The position numbers and the translations under genes were made by a program. Below the pieces are notes generated by a model, which was given only the letters and a program-made list of their open reading frames with translations, ran no database searches and was not told the origin of the DNA. Shown here in pieces: positions 1-9,306 of a DNA stretch of 64,000 bases. Positions within the stretch are counted from its first letter, which is position 1; the number at the start of each line of letters is the position of its first letter. The stretch is taken from IMG/VR virus record IMGVR_UViG_3300028275_000006, positions 62,001 through 126,000 of that record, one strand, 5' to 3'.

Positions 1-1177
1 CTAAGTTCTTATTACCATGTTTGCTTTTTAATTCGTAACCGCCTTTAACTTTAACAATATGTTCGTTAAACTGTTCTGGATTCATTTTACCCCAGTAACG
101 TAGCAATACTCCAGCAAGAGCATTGGCTTCGTTTTCGTCTGGACTGCCAGTTGCACCATCTAATTCTCTTGCTTCGTTTTGTTTGCGATGCACTAATTCG
201 TGTGCTAGTGTTCGCATAATATCCATTTGATGTCTATCTTTAACAGATACAACTATGTCTTGTGTTTCAGGATCAAAGTATCCAAGTGCAGTAGTCTTTG
301 TATCACCTACTAATTTAATACGTGGTGCTTGTTCTATTTCTAAAAGTTTGATAGCCCATAATGCAAAGTCTTTGATACGTTGCTTTTTATCTGGAGTCCA
401 TGCTTCCATCAATCCGCCGCCGTCACCGCCGTCTCCCGCAGGCACACTACCTACACCACTGTAGCCTGCATCGGTACCATATAGTCCGTAAGGACCTGGT
501 CCATATAACGCACCGTATTTGTTTCTGCGTTTTTTCTTACGACCTTCGTCTACATCTTTGTCACCACTAGTGGCAATTAATTTTCCTTGACTTCTATCTA
601 GACTTTTTAACTGCTGTGGTTCGTGTTCTTCTTCACCTTGTCCCACACGTTTAGCACGTTTAAGTCCATCTAATATTACTTGTAAACTATCTTCGTCTGC
701 TTGATATTTGATACCAATACCGCCAGCGGCTTCCCAAGCACTGATATTACTACCTCTGTCGTCAATTAATACGTTAGGCATTCCGCTAGGATTTCTAGCG
801 TACTTGGCTTTGTTTGAAACAATGTAAATGTTGTCTGGCAGTTGATTTAAGTGTTCATCGATCCAAATACGTTTGTATTTTTCACTGCCTTCGTGGTCGC
901 CGCGTAATGGGCTAGAACAAATATTGTAGCCACCGGCCACATCAACTACAATATCAATTAGTTTGTCTGCTGTAGGAAACTTTGGTAGACGTGCAAAAAA
1001 GTCTGTTCCTACCATTTTGTTTAATGTAGGATCAGTCTTCGCTGGTGGAATGTCTCTGTAGTTTCCGCTTTTAATGCCAGCAAGTTTAGCATACTCTGTG
1101 AAAAAGTCTGCAAGAACTCCGTCCATGTCTACATAGACTTCCATGCCTTGGGGTAATTCTAAATCGCTTGCTCTCAT
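1..1177 (-). CDS. Multidomain protein, 3'-truncated by the window edge: HAD 5'(3')-deoxyribonucleotidase (NT5C-like) + HExxH zinc-peptidase-like domain + further module
   Basis: Not in the ORF track; translated by hand from ATG 1177 (ATGA overlap with the upstream stop). MRASDLE...VYVDMDGVLADFF (HAD motif I)...LIDDRGSN (motif IV)...MRTLAHELVHRKQ...ENEANALAG...QFNEHIVKVKGGYELKSKHGNKNL; no stop met up to position 1. Confidence 0.8.
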   Translation of the reverse strand, partial: MRASDLELPQGMEVYVDMDGVLADFFTEYAKLAGIKSGNYRDIPPAKTDPTLNKMVGTDFFARLPKFPTADKLIDIVVDVAGGYNICSSPLRGDHEGSEKYKRIWIDEHLNQLPDNIYIVSNKAKYARNPSGMPNVLIDDRGSNISAWEAAGGIGIKYQADEDSLQVILDGLKRAKRVGQGEEEHEPQQLKSLDRSQGKLIATSGDKDVDEGRKKKRRNKYGALYGPGPYGLYGTDAGYSGVGSVPAGDGGDGGGLMEAWTPDKKQRIKDFALWAIKLLEIEQAPRIKLVGDTKTTALGYFDPETQDIVVSVKDRHQMDIMRTLAHELVHRKQNEARELDGATGSPDENEANALAGVLLRYWGKMNPEQFNEHIVKVKGGYELKSKHGNKNL

Positions 1178-1461
1178 TTTTTATTTACCGGTTTTTCGCC
1201 TGTCATGTAAGGTAAACTAAACCATAACTGAAACCACTCAGGTGTTCCAGGTTTAATGTTTTGTTCTCTCTGTATTCTGCCTTTATCACTGCCAGTAACA
1301 CTGATGTTACTGCCCTGATACTCGTGTAGTCTTGCGGCATGACCTAAGCCTGCAAGATACTGCATAGATTTAATTTCGTATATAGGATCAGAAGGATCAA
1401 GTAAGCAGTCGTCTGGACTGTCTTGATTTAAATTTTCTGTACTGATTCTATATTGTTTCAT
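1174..1461 (-). CDS. hypothetical protein
   Basis: 95-aa ORF tightly coupled to both neighbours. Confidence 0.65.
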   Translation of the reverse strand: MKQYRISTENLNQDSPDDCLLDPSDPIYEIKSMQYLAGLGHAARLHEYQGSNISVTGSDKGRIQREQNIKPGTPEWFQLWFSLPYMTGEKPVNKK

Positions 1462-1464
1462 TTA

Positions 1465-2436
1465 TTATGAAACCTTAACAACAGTAAATCCTGCTTTTAC
1501 GTAGTGATCGTGAGCATAATTCTTTGCGTGTTCGCGACCTTTAGTAGTAGTTACACGGGGTGTTCTTTCAACTTCATTTCCGTCCTTGTCAATAAGAGTA
1601 AAACGGAATGAATACTCTTCTGGATCCGGTCCATTAACATATTCATCATCTTCGCGTTCACGACGTCCAAAGCCTGTGCGACTAGAATCGTAATCGCGTT
1701 GATACGCATCGTAACTACCGTAACGGCCTTCTTCTAATTCTGACATTTTCATAGCATCTTTTTCCTTCTTAGGTTCTTTTTCTTTTTTAGGCTCTTCTTT
1801 TTTCTTAGGTTCTTCTTTTTTCTTAGAATCTTTTTTCTTTGCTTTTTCCTTCGCCTTTTCTTCATAGGGCATCAAGTACTCGGCAACTAAGTCAAAGAAT
1901 GGTTTACCCATAACAGGTGTTTCTGAACTTACGCCAGCGGCATCGCTAAATGCTTGTCTGTCGCCTTTGGCTACTGCTTCACGTAAACTTGTAGCAGAGC
2001 TCTTACGTAATTCTAATTTTGCTTCTTCTATACTGTCGTGGAACAGTCTAATTTCTGGAAAATTGTATTCGCCGTGCGGACCAGACTTTCCATTATAATC
2101 TTGTACAGTAGGAACTACCCATGCTTCGTCAGTAACGATGATTAATTTTACTGCACCGTGTTTCTGATATACATAACTGGCTAATGTTAACCAACTTGTT
2201 TCGGCAACAATATGTCCTGTAACATCAGGCCAAATAACTTTCATACATTCTGTTTTTACATTGTATGGCAGTGGGTCTTTTGGTCCTACAGTACTTTCAT
2301 TAGTACCAACGTACCATACATCTTTAGTAGCGGCAGTTTCCCAAGCGGCTTTATGTCCTTTGTGCGGAGGATTGAATCGACCAAATATAATGGCTACTTC
2401 ACTTGTTTTATTTTCAAATAAATTTCTTAATCTCAT
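1465..2436 (-). CDS. HIGH-superfamily (cytidylyltransferase-like) nucleotidyltransferase with Lys/Glu-rich linker and C-terminal extra module
   Basis: IIFGRFNPPHKGH (HxGH) and SSATSLRE (KMSKS-equivalent) motifs. Confidence 0.8.
   Translation of the reverse strand: MRLRNLFENKTSEVAIIFGRFNPPHKGHKAAWETAATKDVWYVGTNESTVGPKDPLPYNVKTECMKVIWPDVTGHIVAETSWLTLASYVYQKHGAVKLIIVTDEAWVVPTVQDYNGKSGPHGEYNFPEIRLFHDSIEEAKLELRKSSATSLREAVAKGDRQAFSDAAGVSSETPVMGKPFFDLVAEYLMPYEEKAKEKAKKKDSKKKEEPKKKEEPKKEKEPKKEKDAMKMSELEEGRYGSYDAYQRDYDSSRTGFGRREREDDEYVNGPDPEEYSFRFTLIDKDGNEVERTPRVTTTKGREHAKNYAHDHYVKAGFTVVKVS
1760..1862 (-). repeat. low-complexity Lys/Glu/Pro coding repeat (KKKEEPKKKEEPKKEKEPKKEK)
   Basis: Repeated EEPKK/EPKK units in translation. 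Confidence 0.8.
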
Positions 2437-2437
2437 A

Positions 2438-3586
2438 TTATTCCCCAGGAGTCCACTGGTCTCTGTTTACTAACTTTACATTACCGAATTTCTTTTCAGG
2501 GCCAGCATAGCGTACACGACCTTCTCCGTTTGTGTCCCAGATATCTCCTTGCTCGCCTTCAACCTGTGCAAGTATTTGGTTTTTCATTGATTGTATTTGT
2601 TTAACTAGAGAAAATATAGCATCTACAGCGTTAGGATGGGCTTCTATTTTAGCCTGTATTTTTTCTTGTTTTCCTGCACTAACTTTTGACTTTTCCAACC
2701 ATGCGTTAAAATTCTGTAAACCTAAACTGCTTAACTGTTTAGCTCTTGCTGTTTGATTTACATAGGTGTAGAATATATTCTTAAGGTCACTTAACCCAGC
2801 AGTATCGGACAAGAATCCTTCGATTTGTTCTGCGTGTTGTTGTGCATAACCTTCAATGTTATCAATCATCTTAGTATCGATACTAACAGATTTTTTATTG
2901 TATATCGGACCTTGTACAATTAATTTAGGATTAGCATTAAATTGATCAAAATCGTCTAACGGTTCTTGTTCACTGTCATCCATTCCAAATTGTGGGAAAT
3001 AAGCATGACCGACAACCATTACATCTGCATAAGCAATACGCTTACCTAAATCACTGTCGCCTCTGACATGATAACAAGTTTGTGATTTAGGATTTGGACA
3101 GAATGTGTATACTCCGTCTTTTAAATCGGGCCTGTTTAAAAATAATGCGTCAGCATAGACAAAGCCTACAAAATCTTTTGGAGTTGCCGCATCAAATGCT
3201 GGATATAAATTTGCAAACTTGGCGGCAAATTCTTCACGTTGTTTACGCTCTTCTTCTGTCTTAGGTGTACCGCTCTTGTTAGCAATAAAATCTTTTACTG
3301 CTTCTGGATTATCTGTCTTAGCACCACGTGCCCAACCGTTGTGTCCTGCTAGAATTAATGGTCCATTCTTTGTTTCACGACCCCAATAGATTTGAGGATT
3401 ACCGTCCCATTTCATGCGAATGCTTTCAGAACCTTCTTGTGTAGCGATTTCTTTAACGTGGTCTAATGCTTCGATGGTACCGTCGATGCCGTAGAAGAAA
3501 ACTAGATCTTCGAGATGGTTGAATGCACGGCCCAGTTTCTTTTTAACTGTTTCTGTGGATTCAACAAATAGTTCTCTTAATCTCAT
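2438..3586 (-). CDS. DUF6267-like protein, putative ligase-type (KxDG) nucleotidyltransferase
   Basis: NHLEDL, MKWDGNPQIYWG (motif I-like), late GEGRV and VKLVNR resembling ligase motifs IV/V; adjacent to cytidylyltransferase-like gene as in T4-like phages. Confidence 0.6.
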   Translation of the reverse strand: MRLRELFVESTETVKKKLGRAFNHLEDLVFFYGIDGTIEALDHVKEIATQEGSESIRMKWDGNPQIYWGRETKNGPLILAGHNGWARGAKTDNPEAVKDFIANKSGTPKTEEERKQREEFAAKFANLYPAFDAATPKDFVGFVYADALFLNRPDLKDGVYTFCPNPKSQTCYHVRGDSDLGKRIAYADVMVVGHAYFPQFGMDDSEQEPLDDFDQFNANPKLIVQGPIYNKKSVSIDTKMIDNIEGYAQQHAEQIEGFLSDTAGLSDLKNIFYTYVNQTARAKQLSSLGLQNFNAWLEKSKVSAGKQEKIQAKIEAHPNAVDAIFSLVKQIQSMKNQILAQVEGEQGDIWDTNGEGRVRYAGPEKKFGNVKLVNRDQWTPGE

Positions 3587-4437
3587 TCTTCGCCCCTTGA
3601 CTGCTTGGGACCTTTACGTTGTTTCCATTTTTTATCTGTACTGCACCAGTAACGTCCATAAGTACCTTCTACTACGCCTTGCATCCATGAGAACCATTCG
3701 GCAGAACCTTCTTTAACATCTTCAGGCTTTTTGCCTTCGTTGCCAGGCCAGTTCTCATCGGCTAGTGCGTGTTGAATTTTTGGATTTTGTTCTTTACCTG
3801 GTAGTGCGGCAATAATTCTTTCTACATTACCTAAGTCAGCGGCAGTAGCATGAGCACCGATTAAAATTTTAGCAACTTCGTCTGCATTGTGAGAAACAAA
3901 GTCTGCCTTCTTTCCATTTTCATCTCGGGCAAACAGCCCTTGGAATCCGCTCCACATTAGTCCGTAAGGATATCTTTGGTTACGAGTTTCTTTAGCAATA
4001 CTGGAAAGTAGTATGTGCTTATGTAAACCTTTGAATGGAGTATTTTCAATGCTATAATCGTGTTGATGAAATTTACTAACAGAGCCAGCATCTTTAACAA
4101 ACATAATATCTGCTTGTGCAAACTTATCGCCGTTAGGAACTTTAATGTGTACATTGATGCCAGTTAGTGCAGATTCGGTGCCTCTATCTTGAAAGTATGT
4201 TTTTAATTTTTGTCTTGCTTCTTTGGCTGTCTTAACTTTAAAAAAGTCTAACATGGACTGCTCGTCGACCATTAAGTCCATGTCTCCAGAACTGGCTTTA
4301 TGGCCGGCACTGCCAACAGGAATTAAATCAATGCCCTGCGGCATCATTGATTGCGCCTTGGCTAGTACTTCCTTGGCTTCATCCTTGCCAAATGGTTCTA
4401 CATCAGGAAATACATTTCCACCTTCTAATAGGATCAT
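3583..4437 (-). CDS. Pol-beta superfamily nucleotidyltransferase
   Basis: VGSAGHKASSGDMDLMVD (GS...DxD) and third Asp in QADIMF. Confidence 0.7.
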   Translation of the reverse strand: MILLEGGNVFPDVEPFGKDEAKEVLAKAQSMMPQGIDLIPVGSAGHKASSGDMDLMVDEQSMLDFFKVKTAKEARQKLKTYFQDRGTESALTGINVHIKVPNGDKFAQADIMFVKDAGSVSKFHQHDYSIENTPFKGLHKHILLSSIAKETRNQRYPYGLMWSGFQGLFARDENGKKADFVSHNADEVAKILIGAHATAADLGNVERIIAALPGKEQNPKIQHALADENWPGNEGKKPEDVKEGSAEWFSWMQGVVEGTYGRYWCSTDKKWKQRKGPKQSRGEE

Positions 4438-4778
4438 TCATCTCTCCCATCATAAACACCGTTTTCGATGTTATGTTTTTCTTCGTGGAACATTTTAACA
4501 GCCAAGTCCTGTACTTCTTCGGGATCGAATAATACTTTTGGGTTTTGGGTGATTTTGAATTTATTGCAATAAACTGGTATGGCTTTATCGATGCAGGGCA
4601 TAAATGACATTTCGTTGCACTTGCCGCCGGATTTCAACTTGCCTTTTAATTCAGCGATTACAGGATAAACTACCTTACGATAAAAACGTGGGTCGTTGTG
4701 CATAAAAAACTTTAAATCATCGACGAAATCGACGTCTTTAAACTGTTCTGCTTGCTTATCTACATCATTTATTTTCAT
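4434..4778 (-). CDS. hypothetical protein (start probably ATG 4778, MKINDVD; GTG 4823 alternative)
   Basis: ORF directly downstream of the late-promoter box; ATGA overlap with next gene. Confidence 0.6.
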   Translation of the reverse strand: MKINDVDKQAEQFKDVDFVDDLKFFMHNDPRFYRKVVYPVIAELKGKLKSGGKCNEMSFMPCIDKAIPVYCNKFKITQNPKVLFDPEEVQDLAVKMFHEEKHNIENGVYDGRDE

Positions 4779-4831
4779 ATAATCACCATGTTCTGCATAG
4801 AGCCGCGGATATACATACTCCACTAATAGAG

Positions 4832-4838
4832 TATTTAT
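4832..4838 (-). promoter_or_regulatory. T4-late-like promoter (ATAAATA) heading the 4778->1 cluster
   Basis: cATAAATAc in the short intergenic gap; the motif recurs before structural genes. Confidence 0.6.
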
Positions 4839-4855
4839 GCTATTTTACAACTGTA

Positions 4856-5500
4856 TTAAATTTCGCTGATTAGGTACATTTCGTCCACTCTGCGTATCTT
4901 ATTGCCCAGGAATAGTCTGCACATTCCTAGGGTCTTTTCATTTGCGGCGTAAAAGTAGCCTTCGGAGTGGTATGTACGCTTTAGCAGTTTAATGCTGGGA
5001 ATCTGCTCTGCCCATGCGTGGAAACTTTCGCTAGAATCACGTAGAGGATTTACAGTTACTCTATACTTGTGCGTATACTTTTTAGATATAATACAGTTAG
5101 GGTTAGTTAATAGAAACTTCCTAACTTTATCGTCTGCAGGTTTAGTTACTTCTTTAACATGTCCTAATAGTTGAACAGCATCTAATAAAGAATCACTGTT
5201 GGTGTAAATGCTTAATGTGTCGCTTTCTACACGCAACAAAAAATCAGTTTCTTTATTAAGTAAATCTACAAGTTTGTTTATGTAGATTACATCACTGACT
5301 GTAGCATATTTCTTACGCCAGGATCTAAGTTGTACTCTACCATCCGGGACGGCTTCAATTTGATCACTAAGAATCTTGATTGAAGCCATTGCCCGAGCGA
5401 TAGTTCTGCTACGAAACTCCGAAGCAAAAACATTTATTACACTAATCTTGTTGACATATTTGTCAAAAAACAATTTAGATGTTTGCTTGTACAGTTTCAT
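4856..5500 (-). CDS. hypothetical protein (start probably ATG 5500)
   Basis: Overlaps the clpA 3' end; last gene of the dnaJ-def-clpA run. Confidence 0.6.
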   Translation of the reverse strand: MKLYKQTSKLFFDKYVNKISVINVFASEFRSRTIARAMASIKILSDQIEAVPDGRVQLRSWRKKYATVSDVIYINKLVDLLNKETDFLLRVESDTLSIYTNSDSLLDAVQLLGHVKEVTKPADDKVRKFLLTNPNCIISKKYTHKYRVTVNPLRDSSESFHAWAEQIPSIKLLKRTYHSEGYFYAANEKTLGMCRLFLGNKIRRVDEMYLISEI

Positions 5501-7715
5501 TCTGTAATTCGAGTTTAATTTCATCGTCTTCAACATTGATGTTTACTGCTCCACCCTGTTTCAGACCACCAAACAACATAAGTTTGGATAATGGACGCTT
5601 AATATCCTTATCGATTACACGTTGCAATGGGCGAGCACCCATCTTCTTATCAAAGCCCTTATCTACCAAGTAGTCAATTGCTTCGTTGCTGATTGTAATC
5701 TTAATGCCCTTATCCTTGACCTGTGTTTTTAACTCAACTAAGAACTTGCCAACAATTTTAATCATTGTTTCTTTGCTTAGTTTACCAAATGTAACAACAC
5801 CATCTAAACGATTGCGGAACTCTGGAGCGAAGAATTTCTTAAGTTCTTTATCTTCGTAGTCATTATCTTGACTACCAAAACCAATAACGTTCTTTTCAGC
5901 ATCTTGTGCGCCAAGGTTAGTAGTCATAATCAAAATAATGTTACGAGCATCTGCTACTTTACCATTAGATCCTGTTACAAAACCATTGTCCATAATCTGT
6001 AATAGGATAGTTGCTACATCTGGATGTGACTTTTCAATTTCGTCTAACAATAGAACACAATGTGGATTCTCTTGTAGTTTAGTAATCAACAAGCCAGCGT
6101 TTTCTTCAAAGCCAACATATCCAGGAGGGCTACCAATCAACTTAGATACGCTGTGTTTTTCTTGATACTCCGACATGTCAAAGCGAATAAGTGGAACACC
6201 TAACTGTTTACTAAGTTGTTTTGCGGCTTCAGTCTTACCAACACCAGTTGGCCCCATGAATACAAAACTACCCACTGGTTTATTATCAGATTTAAGTCCT
6301 GCTTGTGCTACAAGAATCTTATCAACGATTTCGTCAATGGCTTCATCTTGCCCATAAACTTCACCTTTAAGGTTCTTTTCAAGGTTAACAAGATTTTCGT
6401 TTTCTTTTTCCTTGACTGTGTCTTCGGGAAGTTTAACCATTTTTGCTAATTCGTATTGAATCTCAGGAACATCGACAATCTTATGTTCTGCGTTCTTAAT
6501 ATTGAAACGACTACAAGCCACATCAATTAGATCAATTGCTTTATCTGGTAATTTCTTATCTGTCATATATTTTACAGATAATTTAACTGCTGTTTCAATA
6601 GCCGCATCTGTAATTTCAGCACCGTGATGTTTTTCGTAATACTTCTTAATACCTTTAAGAATATCTACTGCTACTTCTGGAGTAGGCTCGTCAACAGTGA
6701 TGCGTTGGAAACGGCGCATTAACGCACGATCCTTTTCAAAGTACTTACGATATTCTTCCCAAGTAGTAGATGCAACTACTTTAATGTTGCCTTTGCTTAG
6801 AGCAGGCTTCATCATATTAGCCAAGTCATTGGCATTACCTTGTCCACCTGCGCCTGCGCCACTAATCATGTGTGCTTCATCGATGAACAATACAGTTTTG
6901 CCTTTGCCTGTTAGTGCCTTAAGTACTAATTTAAAACGTTCTTCAAAGTCACCGCGATATTTACTACCAGCAAGCATAGCACTAATGTCTAAGTTATAGA
7001 CTGTATATTCTTTTAAGAAGTCAGGAACAGCACCATTAATAATATTATGTGCTAGGCCTTCTGCGATAGCAGTCTTACCTACACCAGGGTCGCCTACTAA
7101 CAATACATTATTTTTAGTTCTGCGACCGAGCCCTAGCGCAATTTGTTCTAGTTCTTCAGTTCTACCGATAACTGGATCGATTTTATTTTTCTTGACTTGG
7201 TCATTGAGGTTAGTAGTAAATGCTTTCAGTGCTTTTTCACTTTGTGCATCTGTGACCTGTTCTTCTTCGTCTTCATCGATTTCGCTGTTAATAAAATCAG
7301 CAAACTTTTCACGATCCACGCCGCCCTTATTAATATAGAATACAGCGTAACTGCGCTTTTCGCTAAGTGCGCTCATAAACACATCTACAAGCTCAATGCT
7401 TTGACGTCCGCTGAAAAGGACTTGTGTGAATGCACGATTAAGAACACGCTCAACAGTTTGAGTCTTCTTAGGTTTAAATCCTTTGGGAATTGGATCTATT
7501 TTAATTTCGTCTAATTGATTTTTAAGATAGTGTTCGAGATTCTTTTTAATGTAATCCCCGTCACCACCGAAGTTTACAAGAAGTTCGTAGAACTTTTCTT
7601 CGCAGAGCATAGCAAAAATAAGATGCTCTAGCGTGACATATTCGTGTCCTAATTTTTTACAGTCTGCAACAGCCTTTTCAAAAACTACTTGCAGTTGATC
7701 ACTTGGTTCTACCAT
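5475..7715 (-). CDS. clpA: ATP-dependent Clp protease ATP-binding subunit ClpA
   Basis: Clp N-domain (HEYVTLEHL); two AAA+ modules (GDPGVGKT/FIDEAH; GPTGVGKT/LLDEIEK); GSKYRGDFEER pore loop; IGF ClpP-docking loop (VIGFG); GARPL; no ClpB middle domain. Confidence 0.93.
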   Translation of the reverse strand: MVEPSDQLQVVFEKAVADCKKLGHEYVTLEHLIFAMLCEEKFYELLVNFGGDGDYIKKNLEHYLKNQLDEIKIDPIPKGFKPKKTQTVERVLNRAFTQVLFSGRQSIELVDVFMSALSEKRSYAVFYINKGGVDREKFADFINSEIDEDEEEQVTDAQSEKALKAFTTNLNDQVKKNKIDPVIGRTEELEQIALGLGRRTKNNVLLVGDPGVGKTAIAEGLAHNIINGAVPDFLKEYTVYNLDISAMLAGSKYRGDFEERFKLVLKALTGKGKTVLFIDEAHMISGAGAGGQGNANDLANMMKPALSKGNIKVVASTTWEEYRKYFEKDRALMRRFQRITVDEPTPEVAVDILKGIKKYYEKHHGAEITDAAIETAVKLSVKYMTDKKLPDKAIDLIDVACSRFNIKNAEHKIVDVPEIQYELAKMVKLPEDTVKEKENENLVNLEKNLKGEVYGQDEAIDEIVDKILVAQAGLKSDNKPVGSFVFMGPTGVGKTEAAKQLSKQLGVPLIRFDMSEYQEKHSVSKLIGSPPGYVGFEENAGLLITKLQENPHCVLLLDEIEKSHPDVATILLQIMDNGFVTGSNGKVADARNIILIMTTNLGAQDAEKNVIGFGSQDNDYEDKELKKFFAPEFRNRLDGVVTFGKLSKETMIKIVGKFLVELKTQVKDKGIKITISNEAIDYLVDKGFDKKMGARPLQRVIDKDIKRPLSKLMLFGGLKQGGAVNINVEDDEIKLELQNETVQANI

Positions 7716-8226
7716 TTAATTTCCTCTGTTTTTTCAGTGCTAAATCTAACTTTAACTTACTTACTCTTTTGGTAAAAGTAATGCCGTCTAAGTGGTCAAT
7801 TTCATGTTGAATACACTTGGCGTCATAACCACTTAATGTAATTGTACATTCTTTTGCTGTCTTGTCAAGATATTTTATTGTAATATTATTAAATCTGTTA
7901 ATCTTTATGAACAAATTTGGAAAACTCAAACAGCCTTCCTCGTCTATACACTCGTCGGATCCGCTGACAATTTCGGGATTAAACATGGCAAATGGTTCTT
8001 GCCCACTAGGTTTGACTACAACAACTCTGCGATCAAATCCAACTTGATTAGCGGCAATGCCGATGCCACGGCCGCCTAGCATTATCTCGACCATGGCTTG
8101 TTCTATTTGGTTAGGATCGATGCCGCAATTAAAATCAAAGGGCTCTAATTTTGTATAGAGTATTGGGTCTGGATCTGTTCTAAGATAAAAATCTTTAGGT
8201 TCTGTAACGGTCTGAAAGTTGCTCAA
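7699..8226 (-). CDS. def: peptide deformylase (start uncertain; TTG 8226 proposed)
   Basis: All three PDF motifs: [24 protein letters not shown]. Confidence 0.92.
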   Translation of the reverse strand: MSNFQTVTEPKDFYLRTDPDPILYTKLEPFDFNCGIDPNQIEQAMVEIMLGGRGIGIAANQVGFDRRVVVVKPSGQEPFAMFNPEIVSGSDECIDEEGCLSFPNLFIKINRFNNITIKYLDKTAKECTITLSGYDAKCIQHEIDHLDGITFTKRVSKLKLDLALKKQRKLNGRTK

Positions 8227-9019
8227 TTTGAATCTTATCTTCCGTGAATAGTATTTTGGGAATTGTAATTTGTACTTGTATAAACAAATTTCCTCTTTGA
8301 TGATTGTGTGGACCGACTGGAAGTCCGTAACTATCACACTTAATCATTTGACTAGGTTGTATGCCTGCCGGAACTTTGATTTCTAATTCTTTGTCTTCTA
8401 ATGTTTTAAAGCGGATTGTTTTTCCTAACATAGCATCAAACGCAGAAATTTCTACTTCTGCATATAAGTTCCTGCCATCACGTTTGAATCTTGGATGTGG
8501 AAGTTCAATAATTTGTGCTATTACATCGCCCCTAGGCATATTAGGAATGCTGTCGTCTCCTAATCCTCTAAAACGAATTGAGTCACCGTTTTGTACACCT
8601 GCAGGAATACTTAATTGTAGTGCCTGTTCTTTTCCACTAGGTAATCTGATACTGCCAGTAACTTCTTTGCCGACAAGTATTTCTTCTAAAGTCATTTCGA
8701 CACGGATATTGATATTCCTGTTCTTTCTGGACTGCTGTCTAAAGCCAGCACCAAAGGGATTAGCACCAAACATGGCACCAAACAAATCATTCATGTCGTT
8801 CATATTGCCAGTATGAAAACTATACTGTGGCATTGGGTTGTCGTATTGAGCTCGTTTTTGGTCATCACTAAGGGTGCGATATGCTTCTTCAATTTGTTGA
8901 AATTTAGAAGTATCGCCGCCTCTGTCAGGATGGTGCTTTGAAGCCAATTTACGATATGCTTTTTTGATATCGTCTTGGCTAGCAGATTTTGAAACTCCTA
9001 GTATTGAATAATAATCCAT
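8195..9019 (-). CDS. dnaJ: DnaJ/CbpA-type (class II) co-chaperone
   Basis: J-domain DYYSILGV...HHPDRGG, G/F-rich linker, C-terminal DnaJ_C domain, no zinc finger. Confidence 0.9.
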   Translation of the reverse strand: MDYYSILGVSKSASQDDIKKAYRKLASKHHPDRGGDTSKFQQIEEAYRTLSDDQKRAQYDNPMPQYSFHTGNMNDMNDLFGAMFGANPFGAGFRQQSRKNRNINIRVEMTLEEILVGKEVTGSIRLPSGKEQALQLSIPAGVQNGDSIRFRGLGDDSIPNMPRGDVIAQIIELPHPRFKRDGRNLYAEVEISAFDAMLGKTIRFKTLEDKELEIKVPAGIQPSQMIKCDSYGLPVGPHNHQRGNLFIQVQITIPKILFTEDKIQIEQLSDRYRT

Positions 9020-9030
9020 AGTGTATGATG

Positions 9031-9064
9031 AAAAAAGGTATAGTAGTAATTATACTATACCTTT
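9031..9064 (-). terminator. intrinsic terminator of the lysis operon, overlapping the dnaJ promoter
   Basis: Perfect 12-bp inverted repeat AAAGGTATAGTA (9034-9045)/TACTATACCTTT (9053-9064) ending in a T-run on the minus strand. Confidence 0.7.
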
Positions 9065-9077
9065 CTTAGGATGTCAA
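9049..9077 (-). promoter_or_regulatory. sigma70-type promoter for dnaJ-def-clpA
   Basis: TTGACA-17 nt-TATAAT, perfect consensus. Confidence 0.8.
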
Positions 9078-9081
9078 GAAT

Positions 9082-9294
9082 TTATTTCTTAGTCGCTGTA
9101 TCTGGCTTAGTACCTTCTACTTTGGTACCTTCGTGCTTTTTGTGTACTTTGACTGTTTTACAAACTTCTTTTTCCTTACCAGTTTTTGCGTCCTTTTGAG
9201 TTACGCAAGCCTTTTTAGTTTTTGGTGCTTCTTCAGCAGCCATTGTTGGCATTGCAAATGCCGCTGTTAATAATAATGCTAAGAATGTTTTCAT
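9082..9294 (-). CDS. small exported protein with signal peptide and two Cys
   Basis: MKTFLALLLTAAFAMPTMA|AEE signal peptide; AAGGAG RBS. Confidence 0.7.
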   Translation of the reverse strand: MKTFLALLLTAAFAMPTMAAEEAPKTKKACVTQKDAKTGKEKEVCKTVKVHKKHEGTKVEGTKPDTATKK

Positions 9295-9306
9295 TTGTCT
9301 CTCCTT

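Noticed and set aside
5475-9019. Bacterial chromosome origin suggested by clpA/def/dnaJ/clpP/infA
   Set aside because: These genes are interleaved with baseplate, fibre, spanin, clamp-loader genes and T4-type late promoters, so they are phage-carried.
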